From the IMG/VR virus record IMGVR_UViG_3300030419_003599, positions 32,001 through 96,000 of that record: 64,000 nt of DNA, one strand, 5' to 3'. The notes beneath the pieces are model-generated. The model worked only from the letters and a program-made list of their open reading frames with translations. It did no database searches and was not told the origin of the DNA. Positions 57,108-64,000 of this stretch are shown in pieces (within the stretch, counting starts at the first letter, position 1; each line of letters opens with the position of its first letter). A program made the position numbers and the translations under genes. The DNA is from a virus.

Positions 57108-59389
57108 TATTCAACCTCTTCTATCAGAGGGAAGCCCTCATGCTCATGCATCTTAGTGAGTAACGCTGATACAATACCAGCCCTCTCTACTTCATCCCCA
57201 CCATCTAACACAGATTCCACTACCGCCCTCTTCTCTTCAATGATGCGGTCAAAGTGTTCGTCAATCGTGCCTGCGCACGACAGATAAACAGCATGTACAC
57301 TGTCTGCTTCTTGCCCAATGCGGAGCACACGGTCTTCTGCTTGCACTTCCCATCCGGGCACCCACTCGCGCTCTACGAATATCACAGTATCAGCGGCGGT
57401 AAGAGTAATGCCTTCTTTGGCTGCTAGTGTGGAGCACACCAATACATCTAACCCCCCGTCTTGGAACTCTTCCACATTCTCTGCCCTTCTATGAGAGGGG
57501 GTCTCACCAGTGATTGTCTCTACTCGGAGCCCCCCCTCAAGGAGGCTTTCTTCAATAGCCTGTGATACATCACGGTGATGAGCATAAACCACTATTGGCT
57601 TACCTGTTAAGTCGTGGTAATCCATGACCCATTGGGTACAGAAACGCACTTTCATGCGTCCGCACACATGCCGCAAATCTGTGAGCATGTTAAGCACGAA
57701 CCCCGGCGGCATCCCTCCACCACTTTGGTAACGCTCATACCTAGACATCCAATCAAGCCTTGATTGCATATACTCTTTCAACTCACTACTCTCCATCTGC
57801 ACAGGTACGAACGAACGAGTCTTTGTTGGTAGTTCTTTGAGGACTTCCGCCTTCAAGCGTCTAATGGTGAAGTCACGAATGCGCTCATTCAACTCACGAG
57901 TGTTAGATGCGCCGCTGTAATCCCAACCGTACCCATTGTGGTAGGCGTTAGTATAACGCTGTTTGAATTGATATTCATTGGAGAACTGAGAGGGGCGTAG
58001 TAAATTGAGCGTAGTGTAGAACTCCATAGGTCTGTTAGTGATTGCTGTCCCACTTAAGCAAAGGACGGCTTCACAGGTGTTGGCTAGATGGAGAGTGGCT
58101 CTACTCCGTTTGGTGTCCTTGTTCTTCAAGTAGTGACTCTCATCTATGATGCACATATTCACCCCTGCTACTTGTAAATCATCCGCCCTTTTGTACATGA
58201 GGTCGTAATTGATGACGATGAAATCGGTGTCTTGTATGGCATCCTTCCCATTCTTTACCACCGAGCAGGTGGCGTCGGGTAACCATGCTTCTATCTCCTT
58301 AGCCCAATTGAACTTGACATTCGCTGGACAGACTACTGCCACCGGCCATTGCTCTGGGTGCAAAGCAGCGTAGGCAAGTGCCTGTATGGTTTTACCAATA
58401 CCCATATCATCGCCGATAAGACACCGACCACCAGCCAGTTCAGCGAAGGCCACTCCAGCATATTGGAATGGGTAGAGACTCTTGCCTTCGGGGAATACTT
58501 TACTCAAGCGTTCGGCGATGGAGGCTTTCAACTCCTCATCATCAAGGTCTGCTGCTTGAGACAGAGCCACTCTTTTGAGTGCCCCTTCCAGATACTCTTC
58601 TACTTCAGGCACTCCCTTGATAGCATCAGCCAATGGCTGATAATAACCATCCAGTTCTTTGAATAGGGTGTGCCCGTGTGACACAGGGATTGTCCAATGT
58701 TTCTCATCCATGTTGAACTTACGCCCGGGTATGCTCTTCACCTTCAAACGCACGCCATCCCTAAGTTCAGGGTCAGGGATGAACGGCCAATTGAGAATCA
58801 AATTATCCTTATTGATTGAAGCAGTAGCATCTACCTGCTTACGGGTGACCTTGGCTTTAGTGGAGGAGGGGCTTGGAGATGCAAACCCTTGGCTCCCATA
58901 CCCCTCCTCCGTTAAGAGCCAAGGTGAAAAATCAAAATTGTGATGACGCAGTATCTCTACTGCTGTTCGGATGACTTCTTCGTCATCCATAATAGACCAA
59001 ACCTTCATGCCTCTCTCAAATGTGCAGCGAGGCCAAGGCAAGGCGTGCTTTAACGCCTCTTGCGCCTCTTGATTATACGGCATGTGCAATGCTATGCGTG
59101 GGCCATATCTATCCTCGTACCGCATGACGCTGATAATTGGAGTGTCCGCTACTGGTTGTCGGCTAAACTCAAGCAAGGCTTCGGCATCAAACTCAATGCC
59201 TAGTTCCTTAACAATGTCTGGCAACTGGGTGTCGCTATATTTGACGAGCCTCTTGGCTGTGAGAATTGCCTGCTGAGTAGTGATGTGAGGTAAGAATGAA
59301 ACGCGGTAAAGCGGGAGGTAGTCCGGTTTGTTCGGGGCAATATGATTAACAAGTGACCGCGTAAGTTTTAGGATGGTGTCGTTATTCAT
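57107..59389 (-). CDS. SNF2-family helicase, HARP/SMARCAL1-like
   Basis: DDMGIGKT, DESH, SGT, QAEDRVLRIGQ; two HARP-like N-terminal segments; start ATG 59389. Confidence 0.9.
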   Translation of the reverse strand: MNNDTILKLTRSLVNHIAPNKPDYLPLYRVSFLPHITTQQAILTAKRLVKYSDTQLPDIVKELGIEFDAEALLEFSRQPVADTPIISVMRYEDRYGPRIALHMPYNQEAQEALKHALPWPRCTFERGMKVWSIMDDEEVIRTAVEILRHHNFDFSPWLLTEEGYGSQGFASPSPSSTKAKVTRKQVDATASINKDNLILNWPFIPDPELRDGVRLKVKSIPGRKFNMDEKHWTIPVSHGHTLFKELDGYYQPLADAIKGVPEVEEYLEGALKRVALSQAADLDDEELKASIAERLSKVFPEGKSLYPFQYAGVAFAELAGGRCLIGDDMGIGKTIQALAYAALHPEQWPVAVVCPANVKFNWAKEIEAWLPDATCSVVKNGKDAIQDTDFIVINYDLMYKRADDLQVAGVNMCIIDESHYLKNKDTKRSRATLHLANTCEAVLCLSGTAITNRPMEFYTTLNLLRPSQFSNEYQFKQRYTNAYHNGYGWDYSGASNTRELNERIRDFTIRRLKAEVLKELPTKTRSFVPVQMESSELKEYMQSRLDWMSRYERYQSGGGMPPGFVLNMLTDLRHVCGRMKVRFCTQWVMDYHDLTGKPIVVYAHHRDVSQAIEESLLEGGLRVETITGETPSHRRAENVEEFQDGGLDVLVCSTLAAKEGITLTAADTVIFVEREWVPGWEVQAEDRVLRIGQEADSVHAVYLSCAGTIDEHFDRIIEEKRAVVESVLDGGDEVERAGIVSALLTKMHEHEGFPLIEEVE

Positions 59390-59391
59390 GC

Positions 59392-59754
59392 TTAGCACTG
59401 CCTGTAAATATAGATGTAGCCCTTGAGGTCTTCGTCTTCTATTTGGTAATAGTCCATCAGCAACTGTTGCGCCACCCAATCCCAATCAATTGTATTGACA
59501 ATGAATGCAGGCAGGGCTTCAAGTTCAGTGTAATAGATTTCCTCGCACATCTCCTGAGCCCAATCCTTGAGGTCGCCCTTATAACCTTCCCACTCAAACG
59601 CTTCTTCTGCGTCCTCATAGGTAGAGAAACCAATCTCTTCTATGGCTTGGATGTGATGGTATAAGCAGCCGCAGAGGTCATCTTCCTCTTCACAATGCTT
59701 ACAGTATCTTTTGTTTATCCATCGCCCAACATTGTCTATTTCTTTTTTGCTCAT
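59392..59754 (-). CDS. ArdA-like antirestriction (DNA-mimic) protein
   Basis: Acidic; YKGDLKDWAQEMCEE...LPAFIVNTIDWDWVAQQLLMDY...YIYR resembles the ArdA C-terminal domains. Confidence 0.6.
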   Translation of the reverse strand: MSKKEIDNVGRWINKRYCKHCEEEDDLCGCLYHHIQAIEEIGFSTYEDAEEAFEWEGYKGDLKDWAQEMCEEIYYTELEALPAFIVNTIDWDWVAQQLLMDYYQIEDEDLKGYIYIYRQC

Positions 59755-59999
59755 TCTTTCACCTCAAATCCATTTCTCTCCAAGCACTCATCACAACAGT
59801 ACTTACCATCGGGATGACAAATATCATATTGCTGATACCATTCAAGTTCTTCACGCAACCGCTTGACTTCTGCGAGCAGTAGTGGTGCGTCTTGCATGAG
59901 TTCTTTGTCTACATCATTCAATGTCGCAGGTAATCCAATCCAGTCTATCCACACCCAATGAGGGGGCGTATGTCCTTCATATTTGTCTGTGTCAATCAT
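59751..59999 (-). CDS. MIDTDK-array paralog 1
   Basis: MIDTDKYEGHTPPHW...DAPLLLAEVKRLREE. Confidence 0.75.
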   Translation of the reverse strand: MIDTDKYEGHTPPHWVWIDWIGLPATLNDVDKELMQDAPLLLAEVKRLREELEWYQQYDICHPDGKYCCDECLERNGFEVKE

Positions 60000-60313
60000 T
60001 CTTCTTCCTCTCCATGATATTGTGCTTCTATCCCTTTAGCAAGGTCAGCATAAACTTCACACATCTGTTCCATCCATCCTTCTCTTCCCATGTAGTTTTC
60101 ATTCCACCACACTTGAACTGTCCAAGCCATGCTATTCTGTATGCTCTCAAGTTTTTCACGCAACCGCTTGACTTCTGCGAGTAGGTCTTTGTATTCATCT
60201 CGGTAGTATCGCAATATGTCATAGTTGCCTTCGGATATATCCACGCCAACTTCAATCTCTCTCAATACATCATCAAACTCAATCTGTCCTTCGTGTTTGT
60301 CTGTGTCAATCAT
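59996..60313 (-). CDS. MIDTDK-array paralog 2
   Basis: Start reset to ATG 60313 (GGGGTGA RBS); MIDTDKHEGQ...LLAEVKRLREK. Confidence 0.75.
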   Translation of the reverse strand: MIDTDKHEGQIEFDDVLREIEVGVDISEGNYDILRYYRDEYKDLLAEVKRLREKLESIQNSMAWTVQVWWNENYMGREGWMEQMCEVYADLAKGIEAQYHGEEEE

Positions 60314-60314
60314 T

Positions 60315-60500
60315 TCAATCACCCCAATATGCAATATCTTCTTCGTCAAGACCATCGTAGCCTTGATGCTTCATGGCAATCAATTTGTCAGCGCAGTAAT
60401 GATGATACGGTGTTCCGCATGTAGTCATCGTTGCTTCCCCTTCAATTGCTTCTTCGCAGTAAGCGCAGGTGTGTCCTTCGTGTTTGTCTGTGTCAATCAT
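60315..60500 (-). CDS. MIDTDK-array paralog 3 (LIM-like zinc finger, no B module)
   Basis: MIDTDKHEGHTCAYC...YHHYC. Confidence 0.7.
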   Translation of the reverse strand: MIDTDKHEGHTCAYCEEAIEGEATMTTCGTPYHHYCADKLIAMKHQGYDGLDEEDIAYWGD

Positions 60501-60787
60501 TCTTCATTCCTCCAAGGCATCTCCGCTACCAATTCATCAAGTGTCATGTGTGGCTCACCTACAATGTGTAGGTACAATTCATCAGCGACAAGTCGCAACC
60601 GCTTGTACGCTTCAAGGAGAAGTGGTGCGTCTGCGGCAAGTTCAGCATCAACCGTTGTTGCGCCTACTATGTCAAACAGATACGCTTCTGCATCATCTCC
60701 CATTGGTTCAGACCGAATGGTATTGTTGCTGTGCATCCTATACCACGGCGCAGGTGTATGTCCTTCGTATTTGTCTGTGTCAATCAT
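60497..60787 (-). CDS. MIDTDK-array paralog 4
   Basis: MIDTDKYEGHTPAPW...DAELAADAPLLLEAYKRLR, resembling the HTPGPW/AAAPELL phage family. Confidence 0.75.
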   Translation of the reverse strand: MIDTDKYEGHTPAPWYRMHSNNTIRSEPMGDDAEAYLFDIVGATTVDAELAADAPLLLEAYKRLRLVADELYLHIVGEPHMTLDELVAEMPWRNEE

Positions 60788-61029
60788 TCAATCCTCTCCT
60801 TTATTTCCGTAAGAGTTAGTCCTTCTTTCAACGCCAACTCTAAAGCAGGGTGAGGTTGCCTTTGTTCAACATAAATCATCACTTCACGCAATCGTTTGAC
60901 TTCTGCGAGTAGTTCATCGTAAGTATTGAGGTGTCTTTTCCATGCCGCTTCATCTTCTTCACACATTGGGTCTGCAATGAAGTCAAGCAATAGTTGCCTC
61001 ATGTTTTGGTATTTGTTTGTGTCAATCAT
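60784..61029 (-). CDS. MIDTDK-array paralog 5
   Basis: MIDTNKYQNMRQLLLDFI...DELLAEVKRLRE. Confidence 0.75.
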   Translation of the reverse strand: MIDTNKYQNMRQLLLDFIADPMCEEDEAAWKRHLNTYDELLAEVKRLREVMIYVEQRQPHPALELALKEGLTLTEIKERIE

Positions 61030-61250
61030 TCAATCACCTTCTCCAATTCGTTTCGCCAATGTCGCCAATCCTCATCCATACCTTTAGCGATATTGTCAAT
61101 CGCTTCACGCAACCGCTTGACTTCTGCGAGCAGTTCATCAAGCATTGTTAGTTTGTCTTTCCATGCTCCCTCATCCACTTCATCACTCGCAGAATCTATG
61201 AAGTCAAGAAATAGTTGTCTCATGTTTTCGTGTTTGTCTGTATCAATCAT
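61026..61250 (-). CDS. MIDTDK-array paralog 6
   Basis: MIDTDKHENMRQLFLDFI...DELLAEVKRLRE. Confidence 0.75.
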   Translation of the reverse strand: MIDTDKHENMRQLFLDFIDSASDEVDEGAWKDKLTMLDELLAEVKRLREAIDNIAKGMDEDWRHWRNELEKVIE

Positions 61251-61480
61251 TCTTCTTCACCATATCCTTCAATTGAACTTGCACAAGTATAACCCAACTC
61301 AACCTTTAGCCTTGCAGTTATGTATGCAATAGATTTCCAACCAATGTTTTCGCTTTCACGAATCATTAGTTCTGTTTTTTCTCTAAGCAAGTCCTCATAC
61401 TGTTGTTCAAGGTCGCTTTCACTCATGCTGGTTATCTCAAAGTTATCTATCCATAGTTCTATCTCTTCTGCTATATTCAT
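61247..61480 (-). CDS. Hypothetical protein
   Basis: ATGA coupling at both ends. Confidence 0.6.
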   Translation of the reverse strand: MNIAEEIELWIDNFEITSMSESDLEQQYEDLLREKTELMIRESENIGWKSIAYITARLKVELGYTCASSIEGYGEEE

Positions 61481-61647
61481 TCTTCCTCATCCTCACATTC
61501 TATGTCTATGTGTTCAGCATCAAACAAGTAACCATCAAAAGGATGGCCTATTATTTCATGGACTACCCATAGTTTTGCTTCAATATCTTCTGCGCATTCT
61601 GCTTCAACTTCTCCAGTATAAGTCACTGTGACTGTGAAGGTTTTCAT
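61477..61647 (-). CDS. Small acidic protein, 56 aa (not in ORF track)
   Basis: MKTFTVTVTYTGEVEAECAEDIEAKLW...ECEDEEE; GAGGTG RBS; ATGA overlaps at both ends. Confidence 0.7.
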   Translation of the reverse strand: MKTFTVTVTYTGEVEAECAEDIEAKLWVVHEIIGHPFDGYLFDAEHIDIECEDEEE

Positions 61648-61883
61648 GCTGGCACCTCATCTTTTTTGTGATACCATATTGTTTGGTGGCCATCATATAA
61701 GACAATAATAATATCATCTTCATCAATACCCCAATTATTCATTAAGAACGGGACATTAGTTTCTGGGCAGGATGATGCAAACATAACATATCCTTTTGCT
61801 GGCGGGTCAAGTTTATCTCTAGCATCCCATAGTATTGTTTCACAAAAACTACCTTGTTGCATTAAGTGATAATACTCACTCAC
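61644..61883 (-). CDS. Hypothetical protein
   Basis: Coupled small ORF. Confidence 0.6.
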   Translation of the reverse strand: MSEYYHLMQQGSFCETILWDARDKLDPPAKGYVMFASSCPETNVPFLMNNWGIDEDDIIIVLYDGHQTIWYHKKDEVPA

Positions 61884-62083
61884 TCTTCTTCACCTACCTC
61901 TGTCCGCACTTCAGGTATAGCGAGGGGCTCAATGCGTAGCACGAATTGTGCGCCAATCCATGATACTATGATTCCTTCTCCATCTTCGGTCATACCTATG
62001 CGTTTCAAGTGCTCGTCATCTTGACACCTATGAAGTGCCTCATGTACTCTACCCAACATTATCCGTGCTATTGCATCCATCAT
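61880..62083 (-). CDS. Hypothetical protein
   Basis: First gene after promoter copy 7. Confidence 0.6.
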   Translation of the reverse strand: MMDAIARIMLGRVHEALHRCQDDEHLKRIGMTEDGEGIIVSWIGAQFVLRIEPLAIPEVRTEVGEEE

Positions 62084-62113
62084 CTATCTCTCCAACAGTT
62101 TTCTGTCAGAGTT

Positions 62114-62137
62114 ATTATTGTTGATGGTTCTTAAAGG
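62114..62137 (-). promoter_or_regulatory. Conserved 24-bp promoter-like motif, copy 7
   Basis: Minus strand CCTTTAAGAACCATCAACAATAAT; heads the operon that contains the MIDTDK array. Confidence 0.78.
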
Positions 62138-62142
62138 AATAA

Positions 62143-62424
62143 TCAATACTCGTAGTTACCTGAGTGACCGGCAAATTGGCTAGTATCAACACGATACGCC
62201 CCTCCATCTTGAGTAGTCATACTAGGTGGTAAAGTAGTATCTGGTTGAGGGGGTGTGGGTTGAGCGACAGGAGCCACAGGTTGAGGTTCGGGCTCGGGGG
62301 TGGGGGTCAGAGGCTCACGCAACAAAGGCATGGCCTCTTGTAAAGCCCTAACCATTAGGGCGAGAGCATCCTTCAATCGGTTGTTCTCATCCTCCAATCG
62401 CTTCACTTCGTCACTCAATCCCAC
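62143..62424 (-). CDS. Hypothetical coiled-coil, Pro-rich protein
   Basis: EVKRLEDENNRLKDAL coiled coil followed by a PEPEPQP linker; start uncertain. Confidence 0.55.
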   Translation of the reverse strand: MGLSDEVKRLEDENNRLKDALALMVRALQEAMPLLREPLTPTPEPEPQPVAPVAQPTPPQPDTTLPPSMTTQDGGAYRVDTSQFAGHSGNYEY

Positions 62425-62451
62425 AATTGCCCTCTCCAGAGGCTCAACATA

Positions 62452-62838
62452 TTACTCTTCCCCATGAAAGAATGTTTGAATGACCTCTAAATCGGCAAGG
62501 CCATTGTGTAGTTCGGATATATCGCGCTCACCTGCTATCCATTCTGCTGTCATCTTGATGACTTCAAGGTGATAGGGATTCCAATCGTCATACCATGAGA
62601 GTTCTCCCATAGGCAGACATTCTAAGGAGCATTCGCATAAGACAACGCGCCCGCTTGAAGAACAACCAAGGGCAAACTTGCCCTTGCTCTCACCCTTTAT
62701 CACTACATCATCATACGGGCGCACCGTTAAACGGTGACGCTCCCATTCCAATTCTTCTTCTCTATCATGTGTAACTTCATAGTCCGACATGGCAAGGAGA
62801 AAATGGCGAGGGTACTTAAAAGAATCAATTTTCATCAA
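62452..62838 (-). CDS. Hypothetical protein
   Basis: ORF in a coupled - strand run. Confidence 0.55.
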   Translation of the reverse strand: MMKIDSFKYPRHFLLAMSDYEVTHDREEELEWERHRLTVRPYDDVVIKGESKGKFALGCSSSGRVVLCECSLECLPMGELSWYDDWNPYHLEVIKMTAEWIAGERDISELHNGLADLEVIQTFFHGEE

Positions 62839-63133
62839 TGTCTTTCGCTATGAGTTCTTTCAAGTCATCTGCATCATAATCTTCATGTTCTTCTGGCAGG
62901 TACTTTATCCTCTTTTGAGCCATCTTCAATATCATCTCTCGTATATTACAGACCGCTTTGGCGAATCTTTTTCTGGCGTGAGCATCCTTGTAGTTACCTT
63001 TACCGTCACCGAAAGGGTCTCCCCCACATAATGAATAGAAATCAACATCTAGTTTGTCAAAATCTGTAATCAAAATGCTCTTGAGTATCTCATACTCGGC
63101 GTGCTTTATGCTCGCCGCCCTCACTCTTTCCAC
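62825..63133 (-). CDS. Hypothetical protein
   Basis: ORF in a coupled - strand run. Confidence 0.55.
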   Translation of the reverse strand: MERVRAASIKHAEYEILKSILITDFDKLDVDFYSLCGGDPFGDGKGNYKDAHARKRFAKAVCNIREMILKMAQKRIKYLPEEHEDYDADDLKELIAKDIDEN

Positions 63134-63429
63134 TCCTCGTAACTACCATCCACATTTACCATGACTGTATCGGGGTATTTGATATCCACATTATCAAAAG
63201 CGTATTCCACATCAGATACATACTCCTCAATCATCTCACCATTAGCAAGAGTCATGTAGAGTGTTCCATACTTCACATAAAACTGAACAACTTGCTCGCC
63301 CTTATCCTTGGCCTCTTGTGTCCAGTAGTATGCGTTACCTAGTTCCGCTACATCAAACGCGGCGTGTGTAGTGAAATGTAATTCCACTTGCAGTACTTTC
63401 GTTATATCTATTTCCTTATTTTCATTCAT
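63121..63429 (-). CDS. Hypothetical acidic protein
   Basis: ATGA coupling with the upstream gene. Confidence 0.6.
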   Translation of the reverse strand: MNENKEIDITKVLQVELHFTTHAAFDVAELGNAYYWTQEAKDKGEQVVQFYVKYGTLYMTLANGEMIEEYVSDVEYAFDNVDIKYPDTVMVNVDGSYEEWKE

Positions 63430-63809
63430 TCTTCCTCGCCTCCATGTAGTCTCTCATCTATCTCATCTATCCGTTCAATGAGCATCCACTCATGTTCGTT
63501 ATGACAATCAAGTGAATCAATGAAAGCGTCAAAAGTGGCCTCTCGCTTACGCAACCGCTCAACTTTCGCGAGAAGTTCATCGTAAGTATTGAGGTATCTT
63601 TTCCATGCCGCTTCATCATCTCCACATACATATTCGGTGTAGTCCATCATCGCTGAGTCATTACCATTGACCATATTCTCAGCCCAATCGTATGCTCTAA
63701 TGAGTCGTCCACGCAACCGTCCAACCTCCGCTTCTAACTTCTCGTTCTCTTTTTGTAGGTGCTTAGCCCACGCCAACCGCTTTTCTGCTATTTCATCTAT
63801 CTTTATCAT
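63426..63809 (-). CDS. Outlying array relative with two B-type modules
   Basis: LEAEVGRLRG and DEAAWKRYLNTYDELLAKVERLRKRE; start reset to ATG 63809. Confidence 0.7.
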   Translation of the reverse strand: MIKIDEIAEKRLAWAKHLQKENEKLEAEVGRLRGRLIRAYDWAENMVNGNDSAMMDYTEYVCGDDEAAWKRYLNTYDELLAKVERLRKREATFDAFIDSLDCHNEHEWMLIERIDEIDERLHGGEEE

Positions 63810-63994
63810 GCCATTCCCTCCATTTTCTTCTTGTAGTCTAACATACATGGTGGATGGAAAAATATGTACCCATTCCCATCGGCGAGATTGTAAAACTGGT
63901 TGTCGGGTCTTGCTATTTGGTACGCCATGAGATAGCCATCCCCCTTGTCACAAATTACACACTTCAATCTAAACACCACACTTCGTATATCCAT
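63806..63994 (-). CDS. Hypothetical protein (may be 5'-truncated)
   Basis: CVIC...HPPC; at the window edge. Confidence 0.5.
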   Translation of the reverse strand: MDIRSVVFRLKCVICDKGDGYLMAYQIARPDNQFYNLADGNGYIFFHPPCMLDYKKKMEGMA

Positions 63995-64000
63995 CCCTGT

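Larger units (their letters stand above)
59850..61251. repeat. Alternating coding repeats A and B
   Basis: A (+ strand tttgtctgtgtcaatcatt) ends near 60000, 60314, 60501, 60788, 61030 and 61251. B (ttcacgcaaccgcttgacttctgcgag) lies at 59850, 60155, 60883 and 61104, with a degenerate copy near 60594. Confidence 0.9.

Noticed and set aside
59850-61251. CRISPR or mini-CRISPR array suggested by recurring ~27-nt repeats and a Cas4-like gene
   Set aside because: The repeats are in-frame coding sequence of two alternating types, spaced ~90-190 nt apart irregularly; the Cas4-like gene is a solo replication-module nuclease 20 kb away.
60911-63617. Diversity-generating retroelement TR/VR pair
   Set aside because: Only 44 nt with one mismatch, and no reverse transcriptase in the window.

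Overview
The window is a 64-kb piece of a tailed (Caudoviricetes) archaeal virus genome. Gene content best matches magroviruses, the viruses of Marine Group II Euryarchaeota/Poseidoniales; this rests on motif recognition, not a database search. There are two converging blocks. (1) The + strand, 1-32.2 kb, is the virion morphogenesis block: 5'-truncated major capsid protein, small head/neck proteins, tail terminator, tail tube, a tail-assembly chaperone with an unannotated -1 frameshift extension, a short tape measure protein, a ~5,520-aa LamG-containing giant virion protein and tail-tip proteins. (2) The - strand, 32.2-64 kb, is the early/replication block: full-length TFB, thermosome, DnaQ-like exonuclease, MCM-like ATPase, XPF nuclease, fused PriS-PriL primase, Cas4-like nuclease, PolB, PCNA-like clamp, RecA/Sak4-like ATPase, RPA-like protein, RFC, an apparently catalytically dead ATP-ligase homolog, DUF932, SNF2/HARP helicase, an ArdA-like protein and many small ORFs. 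The most notable structures are: (a) a tandem array of six small paralogous genes (59.75-61.25 kb) built from two alternating conserved DNA modules (MIDTDK and LLAEVKRLRE) with swapped variable segments, resembling a recombinational module-shuffling array; (b) seven copies of a 24-bp promoter-like motif, CCTTTAAGAACCATCAGCAATAAA, in front of - strand operons of a virus that encodes its own TFB; (c) two G7-A-G6/7 tracts inside proline-rich micro-ORFs next to tiny zinc-finger genes; (d) a structured RNA leader and probable ATA start for the clamp gene; (e) a PIP box duplicated at DNA level in two small proteins. No CRISPR array, tRNA, rRNA, integrase or reverse transcriptase was seen.
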